64,000 nt of DNA from Candidatus Pacearchaeota archaeon (GCA_009694725.1 SICV01000002.1:26966-90965), one strand, 5' to 3'. Numbered from the stretch's first letter, positions 8,514-18,592 are shown. The notes: generated by a model not told the origin, from the sequence alone. A program made the numbers and translations.

Positions 8514-10634
8514 TTACAAATCGCTAATAACTGTAAGGGCCAGGATAGTCAGAGTGAGGGTGGCGAGGAGCGTTGTACCTATGTAGAGAGCGAGACCGGT
8601 ACGGATGTTTTGTGCGCGTTCATATTTTTCTTTGAGTTGATCTTTTCCTGCGTCAACGGTGACAAGTGCGTTGGTGAGGATGAAAATAACTTGCAAGATA
8701 TAGATTCCAATCGCGAGTTGGATGAAATAAGGTGGAATCATTTCGCTTACTTTGAAAAGATCAGTTATGTTAAGGATACTGGAAAATCCTGACTCTTGCC
8801 CACTCGGAAGGGCATCTTTGAATGCTTCGAGTTTATTGAGAATTGCAGTGATCATGACGCTTAATCCCACTACAATTCCAGATAAGAGGGGCGCGAGGAA
8901 GGTCATATTGGAACGCATATCTGATACGACTTCTGCAAGAAGGTCGTGGAGACGTTGATTTATTTTTTCTACGTTTTTAATGTATTCAGATATTGACATC
9001 AGGGATTGGGCAGCCACCTGTAATCCCTTTTTTACTGATTCAACCAGGATACGCATGCTTGATGCAATGAGATTTGAAGGGAAGTAGGTGATTGCTCCTC
9101 GACGTTTATCAAAGAGGGCTTGTTCTAAGGACATGCCTGCTTGCTGGATATTGCTATTGACTAATGCAAAGAATTCATGTGTTTGTTGATTTTGTGTGAC
9201 TTCCGCTACTTTGGCGAATGCAATTTCTGCAGGGACATTATCGCCTAATCGATTACCGAGTTGGAAGAGGGAGGTTGTAAATTCTTGTTCTAATTGTTTT
9301 GTTTGGTCTCGGGCTTTAATGAGTTCTTTTGTTTTTGTCCGATAGACGAAATAGAGATAGAGGCCCAGTGCTGCAGGGAAACAGAGCCCCAGGAGGGTTG
9401 CAATCGGGCTAAAGGGCCCTACTTGTGCCCCGTTCACATTTTTGAAATCGAACAGTTTTTGATTTTCAAAGAAGGGAATATTTAATTCTTGGAATGTATA
9501 CTCTGCTTGAAGTCCGAATGTTTGTTGCACAAACGTGAGTTGCATGATGAAGGGGAGAAGCGTGGCACAGAGTCCAAGGAAGAGAATGGGTGAATAGGTA
9601 ATCCAGGGTTTATTTGAGGCGTATTGGGGATAGGCAGGGTTCTGTTCAAGAATGGTTGTTTCTCCATACCCTCCGGGGCGTTTGAGGAGTGCTTGATTGA
9701 CTAAATATACTACAACGAATGGAATGAGGAGGTTAAATCCGAGAAAGACATGATACCATTGTATGACGCCCCCCAACAATGTTGAAGCAAGGGGGAGCAT
9801 GGCCAATCCGAGGGTAGGGAGAATGATACCCAGCATGTAGACGTTTGTTAAGGGGGCACGCACTTCTCGACTATACTTGAGCATTTTTTCGTAGACGCCA
9901 TCAAGCATGACTTGGAGTGATTTTTCTAAAATCTGGATTCTGCGTGCTTCTGCTGGTTCGTACAGACTTGATTCAATTAAATGAAATGCTTCAATGAATT
10001 CGGGAGCATCTATTCGCCAGGAATCGAGATAGGTATCAAGTGATTGTTTGAGTGTGGAATATTTTCCGACTTCAACATCATAGATTACTTTTTGGAGTTC
10101 TTTTGCTAATGGTCCTGAGAGATTGTTTGCCGTGAAGGTGATTGCGCGTTCAAAATTTGACGTGTGTTTCATATAGATAACGGTGTAGAGTATTGCTGGA
10201 ACCATTTCTGCGCTTGCGGCTAATTTCCATTCGTGTGCAAGTCGGGCAGGGTAGGAAGAGAGGTAATAATAGAGGAAGATGCCTGCGATGATCCCGAGAG
10301 AGGCGAAGAGCACGGGGATGGCGGACGTTATGAAGAAGATCCCTGTGCTGATCAGGGTGGTGAGTAGAAATGTGCCGAGGAATCCGGTGAGGGCGAGACC
10401 GAGTGCTTGAGGTGGAGTGACATTGATGTGTGCTTCTTTGAGGGCTTGGGAGACTTTGAGTTCATCTTTCGGAGAGAGTTTGAAGGCAAGGATATTGCCC
10501 AAGGATTGGGCAAGACGTTCGTATTGCGTTAGTTCAGGAGTTACATCTTGTTTAAACTGTTTATATTCGTTTGATGTCTGACTCGTTTCGAGTCGAGCAA
10601 GGTATCGTTTGGCAAGGTCAGGAGGGGCACCCAT
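8514..10634 (-). CDS. Pilus platform membrane protein (TadB/TadC/ArlJ, T2SSF-like, two repeats)
   Basis: Multi-TM with two T2SSF-like cytoplasmic regions (GPLAKELQKV; LGNRLGDNVPAEIAF); next to the ATPase; ATG at 10634 chosen because the longer start overlaps the divergent gene. Confidence 0.8.
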   Translation of the reverse strand: MGAPPDLAKRYLARLETSQTSNEYKQFKQDVTPELTQYERLAQSLGNILAFKLSPKDELKVSQALKEAHINVTPPQALGLALTGFLGTFLLTTLISTGIFFITSAIPVLFASLGIIAGIFLYYYLSSYPARLAHEWKLAASAEMVPAILYTVIYMKHTSNFERAITFTANNLSGPLAKELQKVIYDVEVGKYSTLKQSLDTYLDSWRIDAPEFIEAFHLIESSLYEPAEARRIQILEKSLQVMLDGVYEKMLKYSREVRAPLTNVYMLGIILPTLGLAMLPLASTLLGGVIQWYHVFLGFNLLIPFVVVYLVNQALLKRPGGYGETTILEQNPAYPQYASNKPWITYSPILFLGLCATLLPFIMQLTFVQQTFGLQAEYTFQELNIPFFENQKLFDFKNVNGAQVGPFSPIATLLGLCFPAALGLYLYFVYRTKTKELIKARDQTKQLEQEFTTSLFQLGNRLGDNVPAEIAFAKVAEVTQNQQTHEFFALVNSNIQQAGMSLEQALFDKRRGAITYFPSNLIASSMRILVESVKKGLQVAAQSLMSISEYIKNVEKINQRLHDLLAEVVSDMRSNMTFLAPLLSGIVVGLSVMITAILNKLEAFKDALPSGQESGFSSILNITDLFKVSEMIPPYFIQLAIGIYILQVIFILTNALVTVDAGKDQLKEKYERAQNIRTGLALYIGTTLLATLTLTILALTVISDL

Positions 10635-10709
10635 CTTTTCGTAGTATGCTCTTCCGTCGTTATAAACCTTCGGGGGAATGTATTTAAGGAAGGGGAGAAT
10701 GGAAGCATT

Positions 10710-10856
10710 ATGAAAAAAGCACAAACGCAGTCTGTGATTATTGGAGTTGTTATTGCCTTACTGGTATTAGCGTTATTTTTTGGACTTTACTTAACGCTTA
10801 GTGGTAAATTAGGGGGCGTTGTTGATACACTTCGAGGGTTTGTTCGAAAACCATGA
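10710..10856 (+). CDS. 48-aa pilin-like protein with class III signal peptide (not in the ORF track)
   Basis: MKKA/QTQSVIIGVVIALLVLALFFG...; ATGA overlap with the next gene. Confidence 0.75.
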   Translation: MKKAQTQSVIIGVVIALLVLALFFGLYLTLSGKLGGVVDTLRGFVRKP

Positions 10857-11623
10857 GGGGAGCATTACCACAAGATGAGCTGGGCAAATGGACAATTGGT
10901 TTGGTCTTGCTTTGCCTTGTCGCCGTTGCGTTAGTAACGCAATACAATTCAGGCGTTTTTTCTTTTTTTCAACAGATTCCCACTAATTTAACCAGTTATG
11001 ATACGGGGGATGGATATGCATATGTGCGCTATAACCCGGCCACTTTGCAAGTTGAATATCGTCAGACAGACACATGGGTTCGGTTTGGAGATGAAAGCAG
11101 ATCGTTTACGTTGGGGAAGGTAGATGTTGTGCCGGGGGAAGTGAAAGAAACGTTTCGACGGTATTGGTTTGGAGGGGTGCGAGGGAGTAATACTTTCTAT
11201 TTCTTGCAAGGAGAATTATCTTTAGTAAATGCCCCGGCCTATGTTTCTAGTGAAGTTTCTGACGTTTCTTTGTTTCCTTGGCCTAAACAGGTATATGTTT
11301 GTGCTACTCCGTGTATTAAACGAGGGGATTTAACTGGCGCTTATTTACTTCCAGGAGGGATTTCACCAGGAGTTTTCATTCTTCGGTCAAATAATGCGAT
11401 TGAATTTGTACGGAATACAGGAAGTACCTTTACGTTGCTGCAGAAAGAGTTGGAAGAAGCAAAGAAAGTGATGCTTGCGTATCGCGATGGCTATTTGGAT
11501 ATTCCTTTGAGTTATGGCGGAAAGGCATATTGTATACAGTATCGAGTTTCGGGGAAGGAAGGACATCTGGTTATTGATGTCGCACGACCTGTGGAGGATA
11601 CGACCGTATGCGCCGGGCAGTAG
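10853..11623 (+). CDS. Prepilin-like secreted protein
   Basis: MRG/ followed by a hydrophobic helix. Confidence 0.7.
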   Translation: MRGALPQDELGKWTIGLVLLCLVAVALVTQYNSGVFSFFQQIPTNLTSYDTGDGYAYVRYNPATLQVEYRQTDTWVRFGDESRSFTLGKVDVVPGEVKETFRRYWFGGVRGSNTFYFLQGELSLVNAPAYVSSEVSDVSLFPWPKQVYVCATPCIKRGDLTGAYLLPGGISPGVFILRSNNAIEFVRNTGSTFTLLQKELEEAKKVMLAYRDGYLDIPLSYGGKAYCIQYRVSGKEGHLVIDVARPVEDTTVCAGQ

Positions 11624-11746
11624 GGGGGGAGTCGATTGTTGGGGTGGGGATGTGGATCTTGTTTGCACTTATTGGTTTTTTTGCTGTGCGGTACTTACTC
11701 AAGGTTCTGACGTAATTGTTATAAAGTGCTTTCTGCTTGCTTGGAG

Positions 11747-12778
11747 ATGAAACGAGGGGATTTAGCTGCTGGTCAGATTGTGTTAGTGGTTTTGGCGATT
11801 GCTGCGTTTCTTGTGTTGGGATTATTTTTATGGTCATTACAAAGTGCTGCGGATGGGGGAGCACAAGCATGTAAATTATCGGTGTTGACTCGTGCGTCTG
11901 TTGGGGCGACAGGAGGGCAAAGCGTTCCTTTGAGTTGTGCAACTGAAAAGATTTGTATGGGGGAGAGAGGGGCAACCTGTGCTGAAAGTATGGCGGGAGA
12001 GGATATGACTTTGGTGAAATTGCCGAAGGATGCGAAGGATGCAACTACGTTAATTGAAGCAACTACTGCTGAAGCGATGTATCGCTGTTGGGATATGATG
12101 GGTAAAGGGCAATTGGATATTTCTACCGGCTATTTGGAATCACGCGGATTTAAGGAAGGCGATCCGATGTGTGTTATCTGTTCTCGTATCGCGGTTGATC
12201 GTAACGTTTCAGAGGGGGTGCTCAAGAAATTGGACTTTAGTGAATACATGCGTACAATGAAGGTGCCTGGGACTGGTTTAACCTATTTACAAGCATTTAG
12301 TGATAAGGATGTATCTGCGTATCCGGCTACTCCTTTTTTACGCGTTCCTCCTGCTGAAGGAGTCAGTAGATTTGATGCCCGTGGACAACAGATTGCGATT
12401 GTGTTTATGCAGGTTAAGACGACTTCCTGGGGAGATGCGACACAAAATACGCTCAGTGATCTTTTTGTAGGAACGACTGCTGCCGCAGGAGGTGCTTTTT
12501 ATGTTGCTCCGGTGAGCGCCGGTTTGAATGCGGGGCGTTTAATACAAGTTATTGGTAAAAATTTGAAAGTTTTCTCTATCGGTGTAGTGGTGGTTGGAAT
12601 AGGGGTTGCGGCTACTCAATATTTTGTTACCGGAGCGAGCCAAGATCTTGCTGCTGGACACTGTGGCCTCTATGCTGGTTCAAAGAATACGCAGGGATGT
12701 TCGGTGGTGCAGGCTGTGCCGTATGATGCGAAGGCAATTAATGCGTTGTGTAAAGGTAATATTGAAGGGGTCGCGTAA
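11747..12778 (+). CDS. Prepilin-like Cys-rich protein
   Basis: MKRG/DLAAGQIVLVVL; many Cys residues. Confidence 0.8.
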   Translation: MKRGDLAAGQIVLVVLAIAAFLVLGLFLWSLQSAADGGAQACKLSVLTRASVGATGGQSVPLSCATEKICMGERGATCAESMAGEDMTLVKLPKDAKDATTLIEATTAEAMYRCWDMMGKGQLDISTGYLESRGFKEGDPMCVICSRIAVDRNVSEGVLKKLDFSEYMRTMKVPGTGLTYLQAFSDKDVSAYPATPFLRVPPAEGVSRFDARGQQIAIVFMQVKTTSWGDATQNTLSDLFVGTTAAAGGAFYVAPVSAGLNAGRLIQVIGKNLKVFSIGVVVVGIGVAATQYFVTGASQDLAAGHCGLYAGSKNTQGCSVVQAVPYDAKAINALCKGNIEGVA

Positions 12779-13359
12779 TGAGAAAGGGCGATTTACTTAC
12801 CGATAATTTCTTGGAGATTTTGTTGGCAGTGATTGGATTAGTATTAGTAGGATATGTTGCGTATCAGATTTATCAGGTGACGGTGAATCAGGATGTGACC
12901 ATTGCGAAAAAGATGCTTGATTCTTTGGAGGCGAAGATTAATGTGCTGAAAGTGGGAGAAGAAGGGGAGTTCAGTCTTCGTACACCTTATTCTTCGAAAG
13001 AGGCATCTAATTGGTTTATCACTGGCTGGTCAAATACCGATTTACATCGACCTGAAAAGTGTTATTTTGAGAGTTGTGTGTGTGCATGTAGAGGTATTGG
13101 TAATGGGGGCGGATGGGAAGATAATCTACGAACGCGTACTTGTCAAGAATCAGGCTATTGTCGTTTTTTTGATGATTCTTTGATAGTAGTTAAAGGGATT
13201 GACGAAGTATCAATAATTGGAAATGTAGGGACAGACCCTATTCCTACATTACAAAAGACAGGTCAAACTAAAGAAGAACCGTATATTCGTTTACAGCAAG
13301 GGCTTATGCTTTTCAAGGTGAGTAAGACTACTGAGGGAGTGACTATTCGGTCAACATGA
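12778..13359 (+). CDS. Prepilin-like Cys-rich protein
   Basis: MRKG/DLLTDNFLEILLAV; CYFESCVCAC. Confidence 0.8.
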   Translation: MRKGDLLTDNFLEILLAVIGLVLVGYVAYQIYQVTVNQDVTIAKKMLDSLEAKINVLKVGEEGEFSLRTPYSSKEASNWFITGWSNTDLHRPEKCYFESCVCACRGIGNGGGWEDNLRTRTCQESGYCRFFDDSLIVVKGIDEVSIIGNVGTDPIPTLQKTGQTKEEPYIRLQQGLMLFKVSKTTEGVTIRST

Positions 13360-13766
13360 GCATGAAACGAGGAGAGGGAAATGGCTTGTTAGAAGGGACG
13401 GTGATTTATTGGGTGATATTATTGATGTTTGCCGGTATTTTGGGGTCCTTTGTGTTGCGGCATCAGGGCACGACCGATCGATGGGAAGACTATTATGCGT
13501 TTGTGATTGCACAGACGATTGATAAAGCTCAACCAGGGGATGTGATTGTGCTTGATGTGAGTGCGCCGGTACAGATCGGTGCACGAAATAAAGTTGCCAC
13601 GGTTGATGAGATGTTTGTGTTACAAGAGGGGAGACAGGAAGTGGGAGTACGTTTGCGTGCGGGAAAAGCGCATTGGTACTCATATCTTCGTGATGTGTCT
13701 GTGAGTAATTGGCATGTTGATCGAGCAGGTGAGAAAGTAACGTTAGTGTTTGAGGTCGGAGCATGA
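13356..13766 (+). CDS. Prepilin-like protein
   Basis: MKRG/EGNGLLEGTVIYW plus hydrophobic helix; ATGA overlaps. Confidence 0.75.
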   Translation: MSMKRGEGNGLLEGTVIYWVILLMFAGILGSFVLRHQGTTDRWEDYYAFVIAQTIDKAQPGDVIVLDVSAPVQIGARNKVATVDEMFVLQEGRQEVGVRLRAGKAHWYSYLRDVSVSNWHVDRAGEKVTLVFEVGA

Positions 13767-14191
13767 GCGCAGGGAATCAACTTTCCTTTTTTTCATTCTT
13801 TTTGTTGTTATTGATTGTAGGGGGGGGAATTGTAGGGGGGGTGTATCTCTATTATGGCGGGGGAGCAGATTATCGTGTTACTCAGAGTGGGGCATTTGCG
13901 TATATGCTTGAACGATGTGTACAACAGGGCCTTTTTGATGGGACGTTTGGTTCGTGTGGTATCGATGAGCAGGTGGTGACGCGAGAAAAGTATATTGTTG
14001 CGGTGTGTGCCGATGATTGTTTTGGAAATGGGGGAACGACCTTATTACGCGCAGGAGATCATGTTGAGCAATGTCGATTTGGGGTGAAACAATCTGCAAC
14101 GTATCCGAAGTGTGCTGAACGTGTGTTTACTGTTGATGGAAAGAATTATCAGATTGTGGTGGGAACTACGTATCGCGGGAGAAATGCATAA
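13763..14191 (+). CDS. Prepilin-like Cys-containing protein (atypical leader)
   Basis: MSAG/NQLSFF plus TM helix; coupled within the operon. Confidence 0.7.
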   Translation: MSAGNQLSFFSFFLLLLIVGGGIVGGVYLYYGGGADYRVTQSGAFAYMLERCVQQGLFDGTFGSCGIDEQVVTREKYIVAVCADDCFGNGGTTLLRAGDHVEQCRFGVKQSATYPKCAERVFTVDGKNYQIVVGTTYRGRNA

Positions 14192-14805
14192 TGCGTGGGC
14201 AACTAGCTAAATTGTTGGGGACTATTCCTATTTTGCTTGCAGTTGTGTTTCTCATGGGCTTGTTTCTTGTAGGGGCGAAATTACTTGCTGTGCACACTTC
14301 ACCCCCTTCTGCTTCGTTATATGTGGTACCTGAAGGTTCTTTGTTAAGTGAACACATTGTGTTTGGAGGAAGGAATAGGAGTGTGCTTGAAGTATTGTTC
14401 TTATCTTATTTTGACAAACCTTCTGAACTGGCATTTATGCAGGGTGTACGTGGACTTGCGACCGCTTCGCTCCCGAGCACGATTTACTATGATCCGTTGG
14501 CTTTGACGACATCGTTTAGTTCATCCTGTGTGTTTTTTACGATTGATGAAGTGAGTAAGGGACGGGACGGGATTCGCTATCTCTTTCGACGAACTGCGTC
14601 GGGGAATGTAGCTGAAAGTATTACGTATGCTGCGTTAGAACCTTATTCTTCTGCCGGTGCGGTGCCGTTACCTCCTTGGCAACGTTTCCGAGATGATTCT
14701 AATAACAATATTCGTCCCGCTGAACCAGTTGTGCGTGTCTTTTTGACGCGTGAAGGACAAGAATTTGAGTTGATCGCATATGCGGGGAAATGTGACCGTG
14801 CGTAG
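14191..14805 (+). CDS. Prepilin-like protein
   Basis: MRG/QLAKLLG plus TM helix. Confidence 0.75.
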   Translation: MRGQLAKLLGTIPILLAVVFLMGLFLVGAKLLAVHTSPPSASLYVVPEGSLLSEHIVFGGRNRSVLEVLFLSYFDKPSELAFMQGVRGLATASLPSTIYYDPLALTTSFSSSCVFFTIDEVSKGRDGIRYLFRRTASGNVAESITYAALEPYSSAGAVPLPPWQRFRDDSNNNIRPAEPVVRVFLTREGQEFELIAYAGKCDRA

Positions 14806-15259
14806 AGGAGATTCACCCACCATTGGGGTGTTGCTTGTTGCGGTTTTATTGATTATTCTTGCAGGGATGGGGATGACCCGTTCTCCACAGGTGGTAAGTA
14901 ACGTTGTGATTGATGATGTGCAGTATTCTGTTGATGTATTGGAACTATTCGTACAAGAACGATTGGAACAGCTTGCTCAGGATGCATTGGTATGTACAAC
15001 TTGCACGGGGGTCGATTTGAAAGAACGTATGATCGAATTACGTCGAGAGTTGCATCTGACGAATACTAATTTTTATGGGAAGGTTCGTTCGGGTGATTTT
15101 ACTGTTGCCGTGGATGAAGAAGGATTTTTTGTTGTTCGATTTGAGGGCCTGTGGGTTACGGCACACAAAGGGGAAACCAAAGTTACTCGTACCTTTAATG
15201 GGGAGCTTGTTCTTGATGAGAATGGGCAGCTAGTGCGGAAGATTTATAAACAAAAATGA
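14798..15259 (+). CDS. Prepilin-like protein
   Basis: GTG start gives MRRG/DSPTIGVLLV plus TM helix. Confidence 0.7.
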   Translation: MRRGDSPTIGVLLVAVLLIILAGMGMTRSPQVVSNVVIDDVQYSVDVLELFVQERLEQLAQDALVCTTCTGVDLKERMIELRRELHLTNTNFYGKVRSGDFTVAVDEEGFFVVRFEGLWVTAHKGETKVTRTFNGELVLDENGQLVRKIYKQK

Positions 15260-15271
15260 TTGGGGGAGAGT

Positions 15272-15763
15272 ATGAAACGAGGAGGTTTGGCTGATGAGAG
15301 TGGGGGCTCTATGATTTTAACGCTTGTGCTTATTGTTGTTGTTATTGGTGGGATTTACATTGCGTATAATGCTTATCGAGGATTGGATACAGCGAATATT
15401 CCTCTTACCACTATTGTTACTACGTGTAATGCAGTTGCAGGTGTTGAACAAGGTAAGGCTGAATATTGTACCCTTGTTTCTAAAAAATATACAGAAATTG
15501 ATGGTCGTTCACGGTATGTTGATTGTGAGTTTCTGGCTAGTAAGAATCTTTTAGATTCTCCTACTCCTGTGTTCGGTGCTTGTCCAACTGTTGCTAGTGG
15601 TGAACGAGAAAAGTCATTTTGTAATGCTCTTCTTGCTCAGCGGAAGATTGCACGAGATACGTTTGTGAATAATAAAGCCTGCTTTATAGATGCAGATGCT
15701 ACTAATAATTGGTTGGGTGAAAGCTATCAAACTGCTACTGCTCGTGCCTCTCAAAAACCATAA
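15272..15763 (+). CDS. Prepilin-like Cys-rich protein
   Basis: MKRG/GLADESGG plus TM helix; six Cys. Confidence 0.75.
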   Translation: MKRGGLADESGGSMILTLVLIVVVIGGIYIAYNAYRGLDTANIPLTTIVTTCNAVAGVEQGKAEYCTLVSKKYTEIDGRSRYVDCEFLASKNLLDSPTPVFGACPTVASGEREKSFCNALLAQRKIARDTFVNNKACFIDADATNNWLGESYQTATARASQKP

Positions 15764-15771
15764 TTATTCTC

Positions 15772-15900
15772 ATGGATTACGCAGTACCTGATCGACGAAA
15801 GACCAAGAATGATAAACGTGCGAAGGGGAAGTTCACCCGATATAAGCGGGGTGGGCAACATCGAGTTGATGTAATTGTGGTTCGTTCTGAGAAGAAATGA
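15772..15900 (+). CDS. 42-aa basic small protein (not in the ORF track)
   Basis: MDYAVPDRRKTKNDKRAKGKFTRYKRGGQHRVDVIVVRSEKK, followed by a T-tract. Confidence 0.5.
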   Translation: MDYAVPDRRKTKNDKRAKGKFTRYKRGGQHRVDVIVVRSEKK

Positions 15901-16096
15901 TTTATTTTTTTTAGCGCTTTTGGTGAGAGATTTAGGAAGTTGTACATAGAAAGGCAGGTTGTTTGTGGGGCTAGTCTATTATCCGATATACGTACTTGTT
16001 CTGCATTCAGATGATACCGACTTTCTGAATAATTGGCTCACCCTGGATATGAGATACTTCCGCGTATTTTATTAACTCCTTTTTAGTATACTGAGT

Positions 16097-16921
16097 ATGT
16101 TCGAAGTGGTGTTTGGATTTGTGTTGGTATTGTTGGGGTTTGCTGCGATACATGATTGGAAGACGACGTTTGTGAGTGATTGGGTGGTGTATGCATTGTT
16201 TTGTGTTGGTCTTGTCGGACTGGTGGTGCAGGGGCATGTATTGGAAGGTTTGAGTGTGACTGCGGGGCTTGCGGTACTTGCTCTTCTGTTTTATTACGGC
16301 GGGGTGTTCGCTCAAGGGGATGCGCGTTTATTGGTTGCCTTGGGACCTGTCTTGCCTGGGCTTGACCTTCTTTCTCGTGGGTGGTATGCGAGCGGATTTG
16401 TATTGACACTTCTTTTTGTTGGACTGGTATATACGTTGGCTATCAGTGGGTGGCATGCCTGGAAGAGTGCGACGTATGGGAAAGCATGTGAAGGTTTCTT
16501 TGAACAGTATGTGGTTGTTTTCTGGATATTTGTCTTTGGGGGATTGGTGAGTTCGTTTTTCCTTTCAAGTATGGCCTGGGGACTGATGTGGAGTGGGGCG
16601 TGGGTGTTATTTGGTTTATTTCTTCATGCAAAAGCGGTGGAAGAAACATGTTTCATTAGACTTACTCGTCCTGATGCATTATTGGAAGGGGATTGGCTTG
16701 TTTCCTCGGTGAAGGTGGGCTCACACACGTTCTCGCCTTCTGCTGCGGGATTGTCTCGGGCAGATATTGCATTGTTACGTCGGTATCGACGGTCTGTGGT
16801 CATTAAACAGGGGATTCCGTTTGTGCCTGTCTTTTTTATTGCGTATGGACTTATGGGATACGTCGTTTTAGGAGGATATGCTGCAGATGTGTTGAGGTTG
16901 GTGCGAGGAGTACTTTCTTAG
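16097..16921 (+). CDS. Prepilin peptidase (A24, FlaK/PibD-like)
   Basis: Catalytic Asp motifs AAIHDWK and FAQGDARLL; C-terminal GIPFVPVF. Confidence 0.85.
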   Translation: MFEVVFGFVLVLLGFAAIHDWKTTFVSDWVVYALFCVGLVGLVVQGHVLEGLSVTAGLAVLALLFYYGGVFAQGDARLLVALGPVLPGLDLLSRGWYASGFVLTLLFVGLVYTLAISGWHAWKSATYGKACEGFFEQYVVVFWIFVFGGLVSSFFLSSMAWGLMWSGAWVLFGLFLHAKAVEETCFIRLTRPDALLEGDWLVSSVKVGSHTFSPSAAGLSRADIALLRRYRRSVVIKQGIPFVPVFFIAYGLMGYVVLGGYAADVLRLVRGVLS

Positions 16922-17483
16922 TGCGTTTTCGGGGGGAAAACGCTATTTTTGTTTGTATGTGTTTGAGTTCTTGTTCTGTTGCTTTAGTCCTTTGGGAAAG
17001 GAGAGTCTTTTTTTCTTTGTAACTGGGGATGATGTGGATGACTGCTTCTCCAAAGAGTTCTTGTGTTGCTAGTTCGATGCTCGAAGCTTTGAGATTTTTG
17101 GTGATGGTGAGGCCTATTTGTTTTGCTCGCTTAAAGAGTGCCGTGGGCATTTTGGTTGCTTTGGTGATTGCTGTGCGTGGAATGAGGAGGGTGTGCCCGG
17201 GAGATACGGGATTGATATCTAACACGGCAACTCCTTCAGGTAAGTCGGCTATCACTTGTGAAGGTATTTTTCCCGTTACAATCTTTCTAAAGATGGAACC
17301 TTGTCCTTCTTCGGCGGTTGTTTCTCGTTCTTCGCTTTGTTTGACGAGTTCTTCTAATGCTTCAGGTGAGAGTGCTTCAATTTGCTTATAGGCTTGGGCT
17401 TTCTTCTCATCAGGTAATTGGGCAACTTGTTCGCGGAGTTGGGAGCGTATTTCGTCTTGTTGTTCGGGTGTAAGGGGCATCAT
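16851..17483 (-). CDS. HIT-family protein with N-terminal helical extension and degenerate triad
   Basis: SIFRKIVTGKIP, VLDINPVSPGHTLLIP; HxHxH reduced to VIHII. Confidence 0.8.
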   Translation of the reverse strand: MMPLTPEQQDEIRSQLREQVAQLPDEKKAQAYKQIEALSPEALEELVKQSEERETTAEEGQGSIFRKIVTGKIPSQVIADLPEGVAVLDINPVSPGHTLLIPRTAITKATKMPTALFKRAKQIGLTITKNLKASSIELATQELFGEAVIHIIPSYKEKKTLLSQRTKATEQELKHIQTKIAFSPRKRTKKVLLAPTSTHLQHILLKRRIP

Positions 17484-17510
17484 CTAGAAAGGGGAAGGGG
17501 GTTTATAGGA

Positions 17511-17846
17511 TTATTCGTTTAGAAACCAACTTACTATTGTGACAATTCCACTTATTCCAAGCACTACTAGGGCTAGTGGGAAAGTGATCTCAATTATTGC
17601 TAATGCTTTGTCCCCTGCTACACTCCTCGCTATTCCTAATCCTAGTAATAACAGAATTGTTCCACTCATTAATCCCCATTCGCCCCAACTGTTTACTTTA
17701 TTACTTTTTCCTAACTTCAAATTTAGAAGAACTACGACTAGGAGTGGAATAATTGTCCACGCTAACATTGTTCTTGGAAATGTTTGAGAAATAAATCCAA
17801 TTATTGCAAGGATACAAGAGATTATTAGAAGAATGTACTGCCTCAT
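17511..17846 (-). CDS. Hypothetical 4-TM protein
   Basis: Hydrophobic, AT-rich ORF with upstream TATA. Confidence 0.6.
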   Translation of the reverse strand: MRQYILLIISCILAIIGFISQTFPRTMLAWTIIPLLVVVLLNLKLGKSNKVNSWGEWGLMSGTILLLLGLGIARSVAGDKALAIIEITFPLALVVLGISGIVTIVSWFLNE

Positions 17847-17928
17847 ACCTTAGTTATTCTTTGGTTCTTTATATATTTATCCGAATGCACTTATTGCCTT
17901 TGTGCTCGTTGATGACTAAGAATTATTC

Positions 17929-18204
17929 TCACCCAAAAGCTCGACGATAATCTTCAATAGTGGCGGATGAGACGCCGGGGATTGAGGCTAATTGAGCTTC
18001 GACGGCATCAGTGCCTTTTTCTTCAGGCATATCTGTTTTGACATGGACTGACTTGAGGCCGAAGGCTATTGGTTTTTCGGTGATTGAGATATTACTTCCA
18101 CCCAAGGCTTTGATGCGTATTTCTGCTTCGTGCTTGATTGCTTCAAGATTGGTATCTGGCGCTTCAGGCATGAGTTTGGTGATGATTACTACAATTGGTG
18201 GCAT
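17929..18204 (-). CDS. ef1b: Archaeal elongation factor 1-beta
   Basis: KLMPEAPDTNLE, EKPIAFGLKS. Confidence 0.9.
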   Translation of the reverse strand: MPPIVVIITKLMPEAPDTNLEAIKHEAEIRIKALGGSNISITEKPIAFGLKSVHVKTDMPEEKGTDAVEAQLASIPGVSSATIEDYRRAFG

Positions 18205-18290
18205 ACCTGCCTGATTGAAAATTGGTTTATAAGGCTTCCGTATAAAAAATCCCTACTGTAAAAAAAAGTAACGGTTGCCGTGTGAAGTCA

Positions 18291-18482
18291 TTAATTGAAG
18301 GTGTCGTATAACATCTTCAAGCCAGACAAACCGACTAAGACATAGACTACCATTTCAACTCTTGGCAATCCACCGAGAAGCATACTTACTACATTCCAAT
18401 CGAATGCAGTAAGGCCCCAGTTGATTGCACCAACAATGACAAGTGTTTTGACAACATTATCTACTGTGTTCATTTTTCCCAT
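18291..18482 (-). CDS. DUF378-family small membrane protein
   Basis: LVIVGAINWGL ... VVYVLVGLSGL; SD-like AGGAGG upstream. Confidence 0.8.
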   Translation of the reverse strand: MGKMNTVDNVVKTLVIVGAINWGLTAFDWNVVSMLLGGLPRVEMVVYVLVGLSGLKMLYDTFN

Positions 18483-18592
18483 TTTCCCCCTCCTTTCACG
18501 ATGGTTATGTGGCATTTCTGCTATATAAACCCTTTGAGCTGAATTGTTCTGGTATAACAATCCTTTTATACTGTTTTGAAAATGTGAAGGGT

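Noticed and set aside
6096..16921. Archaellum operon
   Set aside because: No recognisable archaellin, ArlF/G or ArlH, and the gene layout differs.
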